64,000 bases of DNA from Bacillota bacterium (GTDB lineage Bacteria > Bacillota > Clostridia > Peptostreptococcales > Anaerovoracaceae): NCBI GenBank assembly GCA_017436705.1, contig JAFSCP010000049.1, forward strand, positions 9,629-73,628. Reading direction: 5' to 3'. The notes beneath the pieces were generated by a model that was not told the DNA's origin, made no database searches, and saw only the letters and a list, made by a program, of their open reading frames with translations. Position numbers and translations under genes: made by a program. Positions 37,711 through 46,073 of the stretch are shown here, in pieces; within the stretch, counting starts at the first letter, position 1, and each line of letters starts with the position of its first letter.

Positions 37711-38397
37711 ATGGGATTATTTGACGATCTTGAAAAATTAGCAAAAACAGTTGCAACAGAAATAGGAAAAAACGTTAAGGTATGTCCGCAGTGCGGAGCA
37801 CCTGCAGGAGTGGAACAGAAATTCTGTCAGTCATGCGGCGCCCAGCTCCCTGAAGGTTCTGTGGCGCAGGGTGCAGTCTGCGAAAACTGCGGCAAGCAGA
37901 ATGACCTTGGCACCAAGTTCTGCATAGAGTGCGGAACCAAGCTTCCGATTGCAGTACAGGAAGAACAGGCCGCAGCTGCCAGAAATCAGCAGGTCATGGA
38001 TGAATGGAACATGTATCTGGGTCAGTACCCTCAGTGGTCCTTCGGTGGCAGAGCATATAACATAGAAGATTACGGCGATGGAAATTATGTTTTCTCCGCA
38101 GAGTTCAACAACTATCAGGAAGGTTACAACGCAGTGCAGCAGTACAGTCAGATTCTGCAGCAGAACGGTTTTCAGCCTGCCGGTCAGTATCCGAGCATGG
38201 AACACCTTTATAAAATGGTAGGGGGAATTTGTTACCATGTTGACCTTGAACACTGCTTCGAAGGCGACCATAATTGTCCGTCTATCGGATTTTCTGTAGG
38301 AGAGCCAAGCGGAGGTTTCAATTATGTGAAGCCTCAGCCTAAACCGCAGATAGACCTGGGAGACATTAAAAAACTGGGCAAATTATTCAAATTTTAA
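37711..38397 (+). CDS. Double zinc-ribbon protein with a C-terminal alpha/beta module
   Basis: MGLFDDLEKLAKTV head. Two CxxCG-x8-KFCxxCG ribbons (CPQCG..CQSCG and CENCG..CIECG). No TM segment. Confidence 0.8.
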   Translation: MGLFDDLEKLAKTVATEIGKNVKVCPQCGAPAGVEQKFCQSCGAQLPEGSVAQGAVCENCGKQNDLGTKFCIECGTKLPIAVQEEQAAAARNQQVMDEWNMYLGQYPQWSFGGRAYNIEDYGDGNYVFSAEFNNYQEGYNAVQQYSQILQQNGFQPAGQYPSMEHLYKMVGGICYHVDLEHCFEGDHNCPSIGFSVGEPSGGFNYVKPQPKPQIDLGDIKKLGKLFKF

Positions 38398-38426
38398 ACC
38401 GGTTTACGGAGAAAGAAAGGAGAGGC

Positions 38427-38654
38427 ATGATGAATAAATGGAAAAACAGCCACGCAGCGCCGCCGGATATACCGGACGAGGCCATTGCCTCTTTCCGTGT
38501 ATATGTAACCTCGGTGGATGATTCTGCCTGGCAGGGCGTGGCGGAGGCCAACGGCAAAACCTTTCACTTCAGAAGTGAGATTCAGCTTCTGTATTGGGTA
38601 ATGGAGCAATTTCCGGCTTTGCGGCCCGATACAGCATGGGAGAATAAAAAATAG
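38427..38654 (+). CDS. Hypothetical 75-aa protein
   Basis: Strong RBS GAAAGGAGAGGC precedes ATGATG. I recognise no domain. The overlapping minus-strand ORF is less protein-like. Confidence 0.5.
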   Translation: MMNKWKNSHAAPPDIPDEAIASFRVYVTSVDDSAWQGVAEANGKTFHFRSEIQLLYWVMEQFPALRPDTAWENKK

Positions 38655-38666
38655 GAGAACAACACA

Positions 38667-39242
38667 ATGAAGAAATTATTTGCGCTTTTGCTGACCCTTG
38701 CGCTGATCTTCTCCCTTGCCGCTTGCGGCGGCGGGGGCGACGAAAAGACCCCAAGCAATGAGGACAAGACACCGAGCAGCAGCCAACAGCAGGAACAGAA
38801 CACACCCGACCCCGACCCGGTTGAGGACGAGCCGGACGATAAAGGCGGCAATGAAACAGACGCAGACGGATGGCCTGTTGCCGACTACATCACAGCCGGA
38901 ATGAAATACACAGGAGCCGGAAAGATCGTCAATGCTTCCACATGGAAGGAAGATGATACCATTGTTGTTTGGCGAGTGTATTTTGATGTTGCAAGTGTTG
39001 ACGAGGTTGCCGCATACATTGACGCGCTGAAAGCAGAAGGATTTACTTACTGGCCGTTGTTTGATGATGAAGAAGAACAGGCAGCAGGGACTTTTTCAAC
39101 CTTTGGTTACGAATGGCAAGCAGAGATTGCCAATGGCCCGTATGTTGAAATTCAACATTACGAGGAGCCGACCGATGAATTTTCCGGCGTTGATCTTGCA
39201 CAACTGAAAATCGTGCTGTATTCCGAAAACCCAAACGCTTAA
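38667..39242 (+). CDS. Lipoprotein, class-1 leader, acidic/Q-rich linker, DGWP-type C-terminal module
   Basis: MKKLFALLLTLALIFSLAAC lipobox, a GGGGDEKTPSNEDKTPSSSQQQEQNTPDPDP linker, then DGWPVADY...VDEVAAYIDALKAEGF. Confidence 0.85.
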   Translation: MKKLFALLLTLALIFSLAACGGGGDEKTPSNEDKTPSSSQQQEQNTPDPDPVEDEPDDKGGNETDADGWPVADYITAGMKYTGAGKIVNASTWKEDDTIVVWRVYFDVASVDEVAAYIDALKAEGFTYWPLFDDEEEQAAGTFSTFGYEWQAEIANGPYVEIQHYEEPTDEFSGVDLAQLKIVLYSENPNA

Positions 39243-39267
39243 TGAAGATTGACAGGAGGACACCACA

Positions 39268-40224
39268 ATGAAGAAATTATTTGCGCTTTTGCTTGCGCTT
39301 GTGCTTGTCCTCTCCCTTGCTGCTTGTGGCGGCGGGAATGGCGGTAAGCCCCCGGACGGGGGAAGCGATAGCCCCGGCACTTCACAGCAGGAGCAGGACG
39401 AAAGCGCGGAAGATGACCCCGCGCCGGAGGGCGTTGACGCAGAGTATGAAATCTTTGTCAATGGTGTGGAGGAATGGAGGCCGTTCCCCGGAAAATCCGG
39501 CGTGACATTTTCCGTATCTGATACCTATGTTATCGCTTGCAGAGAAACATCCTCTACCATCAGCTTTACAGGAAAGCAGGTAGGAAGATCGACCATTACC
39601 GCAACATTGGATGGCGTTGAGAAAATCGCTACTGTCAAAGTCAAGAGGATGGTTGAAAAGGAAGAACGGTATTACTTAACCTACAAGGAGCCGATTTCCC
39701 ATTATTCCTACGAAATGGACGGCGGCCCCGATAACGGCGGGTCAAAGGTTACTTTCGATGGAGAAAAGCATTGGGACTATTCTTATAATGACGACTTCTT
39801 AATAGGAAATTGGGAAACGATGGACGGCGCATCCGGCTTTACCGAGAACGGAGAATATAGTTGGGGACCAGAATATACGACAAATAGCGAAGACCTTTTT
39901 GAACTCAACAGTTATTACTGGCCTTGCTCGGATTTTGCAGAAATTATAACAGGCCGCCCGCTGTATTATCTTCATGCAAATGAGCCTGAAAGACTGCCCG
40001 ATAATCTTGATGTTACCGAGTATTATGTAAAAAGTGAGCAGATATGCGGAGTAGACTGCAATCTATTCAAACTCACTACTGTCATGTATGGGTACGATAT
40101 GCTTTACTGGGTTGACCCCGAAACCGGGTGGACGCTGCAACACGGCCGACAAGACCAAAAGACAAATGAACTTGAAATATGGTGGACGGTCACATCGTTT
40201 GAGATTGGCGCACCGCAAACTTAA
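39268..40224 (+). CDS. Lipoprotein, class-1 leader, Ig-like (Big_2-like) plus LolA-like/DUF4367-like region
   Basis: MKKLFALLLALVLVLSLAAC. ISFTGKQVGRSTITATLDGVEKIATVKV resembles a bacterial Ig-like domain. YWVDPETGWTL resembles LolA-like lipoprotein folds. Confidence 0.8.
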   Translation: MKKLFALLLALVLVLSLAACGGGNGGKPPDGGSDSPGTSQQEQDESAEDDPAPEGVDAEYEIFVNGVEEWRPFPGKSGVTFSVSDTYVIACRETSSTISFTGKQVGRSTITATLDGVEKIATVKVKRMVEKEERYYLTYKEPISHYSYEMDGGPDNGGSKVTFDGEKHWDYSYNDDFLIGNWETMDGASGFTENGEYSWGPEYTTNSEDLFELNSYYWPCSDFAEIITGRPLYYLHANEPERLPDNLDVTEYYVKSEQICGVDCNLFKLTTVMYGYDMLYWVDPETGWTLQHGRQDQKTNELEIWWTVTSFEIGAPQT

Positions 40225-40238
40225 AGGAGGATAACACA

Positions 40239-41186
40239 ATGAAAAAATTATTTGCGCTTTTACTTGCGCTTCTGATGGTGTTCTCCCTTGCCGCTTGCGG
40301 CGGCGGGGACGATGAAAAGACCCCATCAAGTGACGATAAGACACCGAGCAGCAGCCAACAGCAACAGCAGAACACCCCTGACCCCGATGATGACGAGCCG
40401 AGCGACCCTAACGCTCCCGTTAGCAGCGTCAACAATGCGGCGGGGCGCGGTTCCTACACAAAACACAACGCCGAGGACGCGCAGGAACTTCTTGTTTCTA
40501 TGGGCTTGCCGGAATATCCGGGCGGCGAGATCCTTTATGCCACCGAGTTTGAGGAAGGCGATGGAACAGTCTATATCAAGGACACCACCCTTGACGAGTG
40601 CGTGAGCTATTGTCAATCCCTCTCCGGCGTTTCCCCCGCCTATGCTGACAGCAATTCCAACGGAAAGTATGTCAACTATGCCTGTGAGGGCAACGGTTTT
40701 GCCTTTACCATCAAATTCTTTGCCGAGGAACAGGAAAAATCCTACACATCAAACGGAAATCCTGTAACAGATGTTTGGCAAGCGGAAATTGACTTTACCC
40801 CGTCGGGCGGCGGTAGCGGGGACGCTCCGAGTGGCCCGGTAATCGCTGACGGTTGGGAAATCCCCGAATATCCGTATGGTGAACTTGTCTATACCGAGTA
40901 TGATGACAGCGGCGCGGCTGTTGCCCTGTACTTCAACAACACCACCATTGAGGAATGCCACGAATATTGCCTTGCCCTTGAAAGCGCAGGCTACATGGAA
41001 GTATTCAACAATGATATTCATGAGGACGATGATGGTTTGGGCAGATGGATGGACTATATCGGTATGCACCCGTCCTCTTATATCAATTACCAAGTCGATT
41101 ATCCGTCCGACAAGACGGAAAGCACAGTCGATACTCCTGATGGCGAGGTGGCATATCAGCTTATTATCAGAAATCGCGGTAAGTAA
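40239..41186 (+). CDS. Lipoprotein, class-1 leader, two tandem copies of the GLPEYP/DGWEIPEYP module
   Basis: MKKLFALLLALLMVFSLAAC. Internal repeats are GLPEYPGGEILY...TLDECVSYCQSL and GWEIPEYPYGELVY...TIEECHEYCLALESAGY. Confidence 0.85.
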   Translation: MKKLFALLLALLMVFSLAACGGGDDEKTPSSDDKTPSSSQQQQQNTPDPDDDEPSDPNAPVSSVNNAAGRGSYTKHNAEDAQELLVSMGLPEYPGGEILYATEFEEGDGTVYIKDTTLDECVSYCQSLSGVSPAYADSNSNGKYVNYACEGNGFAFTIKFFAEEQEKSYTSNGNPVTDVWQAEIDFTPSGGGSGDAPSGPVIADGWEIPEYPYGELVYTEYDDSGAAVALYFNNTTIEECHEYCLALESAGYMEVFNNDIHEDDDGLGRWMDYIGMHPSSYINYQVDYPSDKTESTVDTPDGEVAYQLIIRNRGK

Positions 41187-41279
41187 TACGTAAGATATCG
41201 CTATATGGGCGGCCCGCAATATCAACCACCGCCCATGTGGGCCATTCAGAAAAAAGAATGCGAAAGTGAGGAAAGCACA

Positions 41280-42033
41280 ATGAAAAAGATATTGATGATA
41301 TTACTGGCGCTGATGCTGACATTTGGCTTCAGTGCGTGTGTGGGGGGGTAGCGATAACCCGCCCGTAAATGATGATGAAAGCCAGCAGCAGGAACAGCAG
41401 GATGCAGACGTACCTGACCCGGGCGAAGAAGAACCGGACGATACAGCCGCCCCGGACGATACAGCAGTATCTGCTGACTGGAGTAATAAACCTTTCCATA
41501 TTAGGGGAGCTGCATATAGCAGCGGAGAACCGGACGGCGAAATGGAAGTGCTTTATGATGGTGAAGCCCTGCTTATCTGGAACGGTGAGGATGGCGAGTA
41601 TGTCTGCCTTGAGGGCGGCACACTTATGGAAAAACGCCTGTACCGCGAAGATGGCACCATTTCTTTGAGATACAGCGGAGAAGCAGTTTCAGGAACAATT
41701 CCGGAGTTTATGGAAAACGAAGCTGATTTCCTCAGCGGAATGCTCTTTTATACAAGTGATATTTCAAACTGTATTAACGCCGGAAGTGAAACTATCGAGG
41801 GCTTCGATTGCGTGAAGTATGAAACAGAGGAAGATTTTTTGGGAAATACTTATGTTTTCTGGATTGACAAGGCAACCGGTATTTTCGTTAAGGAACATAC
41901 TGAAATGACTTTGGATATTATCAGCGGCAAAGTTCTTGAAACCCCGGAAATTGAAATCCTGTATGTAGTAAATTATATTTCCGTTGACAATGTGCCTTCG
42001 GTTGATTCCATATATGATATTCCGAGTGAGTAA
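41280..42033 (+). pseudogene. Lipoprotein gene interrupted by a frameshift at a G7 tract (pseudogene, sequencing error or phase-variable)
   Basis: ATG 41280 gives MKKILMILLALMLTFGFSACVGG followed by TAG at 41349. The +1 frame continues as ...GGSDNPPVNDDESQQQEQQD to 42033. Removing one G of GGGGGGG (41342-41348) fuses the two frames. Confidence 0.75.
41342..41348 (+). repeat. Homopolymeric G7 tract at the frameshift point
   Basis: Counted directly: tgtg-t-ggggggg-tagcg. Confidence 0.9.
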
Positions 42034-42106
42034 TAGAATACACATCTGAAAATGCGGCTGGCCCAGCCGCCGGCCGTCGTTACCTTTACGAAAGGAGGCC
42101 AATGTA

Positions 42107-42640
42107 ATGAAAAAAATATTTGTGCTTTTACTTGCACTTTTACTTGTTTTTTCCTTTGCAGCCTGCGGCACCGATGAGCCGGCAGATGACCCTGTACAGC
42201 AGGAACAGCAGCAGCCGGACGAGCAGCCGGAAAATGAAGGCAGTGAAGAAGCGGGGCAGCAGGATAACAGCCAGCAGGAGCAGCAAACTCCGGATGACAC
42301 TCAATCTGATGAGAGCCAATCCGATGAAGATATTCCGGCTGCAGGCAAACCTCTTGACTGGCCTGAAAATGACTATACTGCCCTGATTCCAACACCGGAT
42401 GCAGGTGGTAAAGTACTGGCAGCCAATGAAATCGGCACCCTTTTCTCTGTGGAACTGAATTGGGAGATGGAGAAGGGAATTGCTTATGCACAGAAGCTTC
42501 AGGATGCAGGCTTCGGTGATGACTGCGTGGAAAAATATGAGCAGTACGGCTATATTGACCGCACCGCAAACGGTGTAAACGTACAGCTTCTGGATATGTT
42601 CGGACAAACCAGCATCAGCATCATGCCTGTGGAAGAATAG
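42107..42640 (+). CDS. Lipoprotein, class-2 leader, DWP-type C-terminal module
   Basis: MKKIFVLLLALLLVFSFAAC, GTDEPADDPVQQEQQQPDEQPENEG linker, then LDWPENDY...GIAYAQKLQDAGF. Confidence 0.85.
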   Translation: MKKIFVLLLALLLVFSFAACGTDEPADDPVQQEQQQPDEQPENEGSEEAGQQDNSQQEQQTPDDTQSDESQSDEDIPAAGKPLDWPENDYTALIPTPDAGGKVLAANEIGTLFSVELNWEMEKGIAYAQKLQDAGFGDDCVEKYEQYGYIDRTANGVNVQLLDMFGQTSISIMPVEE

Positions 42641-42652
42641 GAGGTGTGTCCT

Positions 42653-43978
42653 TTGAAACGGTTACTCAGCATTTTGCTCTCTGTCCTTTTGCTGCTGGCA
42701 CTTTTTCCTGCGATGGCAGTCGGGGCAGAGGCAAACGATATATCAAAATTTGAATTGCCTGTACCGCAGGCACCGAACTACTTTGTATTTACTGACGGTA
42801 ATGAAAAGGAAGGTCATCATGACGACCTGAGAATGATTATGGTTGCAGACCCTGAAGTGGCGCTGCTTGCAGCAGAATGCGACAGAGACAGCGATGCTTT
42901 TTACCAGAAATACGGGCTGTATTCCTTTGAAATCACAATGCAGTACGATGTATCGCTGGACGGTGAGGAAAACTGGCAGCACAACGAAGAATGGGATACT
43001 AACTGGTACACAGCCGGTTACGCAGAGGGCTATCCTTATGTTTCTCTCCGTGGGGAAATGATGGAGGACTTTGAGTTCTTCTGGCTGACTTATTACGAAG
43101 GAGAAGGTTCGGGCACCTTTGTTCCTTATCAGTCTGCCATAACCACCTATGTGAAGCACCACGAAGATTGGGAGGAAAACATCTACTCCTTTGATGTGGA
43201 AAATCACAGCCTCTACATCCGCTGCCGCTACTATATGGAATGGGAAACTTTTGATGCCGCAAATAATGAAATCGGAACCAAGCAGAGTAAATTCTCAGAT
43301 TGGTCTGAAAGTGCAGTATTCGGCAAAAACAGCACACAGATTGTCCCTGATGCGCCTACTACATACGAAGCACCTGTAATCTCTGACATGAAGATTGTTC
43401 TTTCCGAAGGAGATGAAAACAGCCATATTGAATATGTGCAGACCACACCGGAATCGGTATGGATGACAGAAGTTTATTACCAGATGAAGGACGATGGACA
43501 GTTCGACGGTCTGGAAACCCAGGTCAGCATTGACGGCGGCGACTGGATAGAATTCGACACAGCAGATTCAGGGGGCGACTGGTGTCTGTATAACGGAAAC
43601 CGGGGAGCATACAATTTTGACGTACCTGTTGAAGAAAACAGCAATGTGAAGCTGCGCATCCGTTTTCTGGGAACACACGGCCCGTCTGAGTGGTCCAATG
43701 TGCTTGAAGTTAACGGCGGCGGCACTCAGGAACTGACAGGAAATGAAAGAAACGCCGGCGGAGAGCCGGTGACAGAAGACCCGGAAGGCGATAAATGCTC
43801 CCTTTGCGGATTCTGCCCTGCGCCTCTGGGACTGTGCATATTTATCTGGATTGCCATTGCAGTGGTCATAATTCTGATAATCGTGTTTGCGACCAGAAAG
43901 AGAAAATGTCCGGGCTGCGGTGCCAAGTACAGCAAGAAAGAAAAATTCTGCACAATATGCGGCAGACAGCTGAAATAA
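42653..43978 (+). CDS. Secreted/type-I membrane protein with a large extracytoplasmic domain, one C-terminal TM segment and a cytoplasmic zinc ribbon
   Basis: Probable TTG start 8 nt after AGGAGG (MKRLLSILLSVLLLLALFPAMAVGAEA signal). TM segment LGLCIFIWIAIAVVIILIIVFA, then RKRKCPGCGAKYSKKEKFCTICG. Confidence 0.75.
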   Translation: MKRLLSILLSVLLLLALFPAMAVGAEANDISKFELPVPQAPNYFVFTDGNEKEGHHDDLRMIMVADPEVALLAAECDRDSDAFYQKYGLYSFEITMQYDVSLDGEENWQHNEEWDTNWYTAGYAEGYPYVSLRGEMMEDFEFFWLTYYEGEGSGTFVPYQSAITTYVKHHEDWEENIYSFDVENHSLYIRCRYYMEWETFDAANNEIGTKQSKFSDWSESAVFGKNSTQIVPDAPTTYEAPVISDMKIVLSEGDENSHIEYVQTTPESVWMTEVYYQMKDDGQFDGLETQVSIDGGDWIEFDTADSGGDWCLYNGNRGAYNFDVPVEENSNVKLRIRFLGTHGPSEWSNVLEVNGGGTQELTGNERNAGGEPVTEDPEGDKCSLCGFCPAPLGLCIFIWIAIAVVIILIIVFATRKRKCPGCGAKYSKKEKFCTICGRQLK

Positions 43979-43994
43979 GAAACAGAGGCACAAT

Positions 43995-44849
43995 ATGAAA
44001 AAATATATATCGGTTATGCTTGTCATGCTGCTGGCATTATCTCTGGCAGCATGCGGCACAGATGAAAGCAGTGTGACAGAACCACCGGAGCCAACCGGAG
44101 AGAATCCGGCAGTGCAGACCGGCCAGGAATCGCCGGAGCAGGCCGAAAAGGAAGCTGCAAATCTCCGGGAAGAATTTATGGAGGGCTGCTGGACAGCAAC
44201 TGACGAGCAGTTCGCATACTTCACCTGGAAGGACGGCAAGGCAGCATTTTACGGTGGTACATGGGAAGATGAAAATGTTATAGACAAAGGAGCCGGCCTG
44301 ATTATCGACTTTGACCAGGAGAAAGACACATGCAACATCAAGGCTGCATGGCAGGAGGACGGCGAGGTTCAGGAAATCGTACTGGACATAGCCGGAATTG
44401 AGCAGGATGGTAAGGTAAACATTACTTTTGAGGGAGAAACCCGTACATATGCTCTTGGAGGACCTACATATGACGATGCTTATGACAGCGTGCATGATGT
44501 GCAGTATGCGGGTTATGAAGAAATCCGCCGGGCATGGGAGCCTCTCCTCGGCAGATGGACAGCCGCAGGAGACAGAATAATTGACTTTGCTTATAACGGA
44601 AACGGCGACCCGACTATTACAATCAGCCAGGGAGAAAATACCGGCAAAACCGGCACCTTCGAAAAGGCAATGTCCCCGCTTACTTATGAGCTGGGGCAGT
44701 GGAACAAACTGATTTTTTCCTATGAAAAGCCCATAGAGTTCAGGGAAATATATCTTGACCTGAGCGGCCTTGACCGCGACGGAAGCATTAATCTGAAACA
44801 AGAGGCCGATGGTGATGTTTATCAGCTGGGCCGGGATGATTTTTACTAA
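43995..44849 (+). CDS. Lipoprotein with an internal tandem domain duplication
   Basis: MKKYISVMLVMLLALSLAAC. The repeats are GCWTATDEQFAYFTWKDG...LDIAGIEQDGKVNITFEGE and GRWTAAGDRIIDFAYNGNG...LDLSGLDRDGSINLKQEAD. Confidence 0.8.
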   Translation: MKKYISVMLVMLLALSLAACGTDESSVTEPPEPTGENPAVQTGQESPEQAEKEAANLREEFMEGCWTATDEQFAYFTWKDGKAAFYGGTWEDENVIDKGAGLIIDFDQEKDTCNIKAAWQEDGEVQEIVLDIAGIEQDGKVNITFEGETRTYALGGPTYDDAYDSVHDVQYAGYEEIRRAWEPLLGRWTAAGDRIIDFAYNGNGDPTITISQGENTGKTGTFEKAMSPLTYELGQWNKLIFSYEKPIEFREIYLDLSGLDRDGSINLKQEADGDVYQLGRDDFY

Positions 44850-44864
44850 AAGGAGGATGAGACT

Positions 44865-45566
44865 ATGAAAAAAATATTGGTATTACTGCTTGCATTGATG
44901 ATGATATTCTGCTTCTCAGCCTGTGGCACCGATGAGCCGGCAGATGACCCTGTACAGCAGCAGCAAGAACAGCAGCCGGATGGACAAGAGGCGGATGAAC
45001 AGCAGCAGGAACAGCAGCCGCCGGCAGACATTCCGGAAGAGCTGGAAGGCTACCTGGCTACCAAGACCGGAAAATTCTACAGCCAGTTTGCAGGCAAGAT
45101 GTACATGGAATACGAAATGGAAATGGAAGGCCAGAAGCTTACCATGATTACTGCAACCAGCGGTGACAAGAGCTATTCCGAAACTATTATAGGCGGAGTC
45201 AGCACAGGAGTCAGCATCATAGACGGCGAAACCATGTACGTCATTGACCACGCAAGCAAAATGGTTATCAAGATGGGCCTTCAGGCAGATGTGCAGACCA
45301 TCGCAGGAACTATCGTGGAGGAAAGCGATGTGAACATGGGCGAGCTGAAGGAAGGCACCCGCAAAATCGACGGCAAGACTTATGAAACAGAAGAATGGAT
45401 CATCGACGGCGGCGCATCAATCATGTGCTTTGACGGAGACGACCTGGTTTATATGATCGGAGCTTTTGAGGGTGAAGAAGCCGTTATGAAGATTATAGAA
45501 GCAAGCGATAAGGTAGACGAAAAGTTATTTGAAATCCCTGATAATTATCAGATGATGGAAATGTAG
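44865..45566 (+). CDS. Lipoprotein, class-2 leader, LolA-like/DUF4367-like body
   Basis: MKKILVLLLALMMIFCFSAC and GTDEPADDPVQQQQEQQPDGQ. The 5' end shares an exact 36-nt run with 42107. Confidence 0.8.
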   Translation: MKKILVLLLALMMIFCFSACGTDEPADDPVQQQQEQQPDGQEADEQQQEQQPPADIPEELEGYLATKTGKFYSQFAGKMYMEYEMEMEGQKLTMITATSGDKSYSETIIGGVSTGVSIIDGETMYVIDHASKMVIKMGLQADVQTIAGTIVEESDVNMGELKEGTRKIDGKTYETEEWIIDGGASIMCFDGDDLVYMIGAFEGEEAVMKIIEASDKVDEKLFEIPDNYQMMEM

Positions 45567-45591
45567 TTAAGAGAATACAGGAGGTGTAACT

Positions 45592-46038
45592 ATGGCATTA
45601 TTTGACAGCTTAAACAAGATGGCGAAGAACCTGGGCGAAATGGCCGGGGACGCCATGGAAAACGGAAAGTTAAACATGAAAATAATGGAAGAAAAGGGCA
45701 AGCTCAACGAGGCCTATATGCTGCTTGGAGAAACAATGTACCAGCAGGCAAAGAGCGGTGAGGACAAATCAAAAGAAATCAATGATCTTCTTATCCGCAT
45801 CGATGACCACCATCAGGCAATTGAAGCTGCAAAGCAGCAGGTTGAAGTAAACAAAGCCGAAAACAATCAGCAGGCAACACCTGTACAGGCTGCACCTGCA
45901 CCTGCGTGGGATGCACAGACACAGTCTGCTCCTGTAGCAGAAGCACCGGAAGCAGGCGCAGCAAAGTTCTGCCCTGGCTGCGGCACTAAACTTGACGAAG
46001 GCGCCAAGTTCTGTGCTAACTGCGGAACTGCACTTTAA
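45592..46038 (+). CDS. Coiled-coil protein with a C-terminal zinc ribbon
   Basis: MALFDSLNKMAKNLGEMAGD head (similar to the head of 37711), A/P/Q-rich linker, then FCPGCGTKLDEGAKFCANCG. Confidence 0.8.
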   Translation: MALFDSLNKMAKNLGEMAGDAMENGKLNMKIMEEKGKLNEAYMLLGETMYQQAKSGEDKSKEINDLLIRIDDHHQAIEAAKQQVEVNKAENNQQATPVQAAPAPAWDAQTQSAPVAEAPEAGAAKFCPGCGTKLDEGAKFCANCGTAL

Positions 46039-46073
46039 GCGGAAACTACGAAAATTAAAAGGAGGTAAAGACT

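Noticed and set aside
38569-45031. Ser/Cys/Pro-rich minus-strand ORFs over the lipoprotein linkers (38582-38851, 39096-39461, 40190-40435, 41764-42300, 41973-42569, 44846-45031)
   Set aside because: They are reverse-complement images of the CAG/GAA/GAC/CCG-rich (Q/E/D/P) linker and signal-peptide segments. Their starts and ends track the + strand genes, and they have no RBS.
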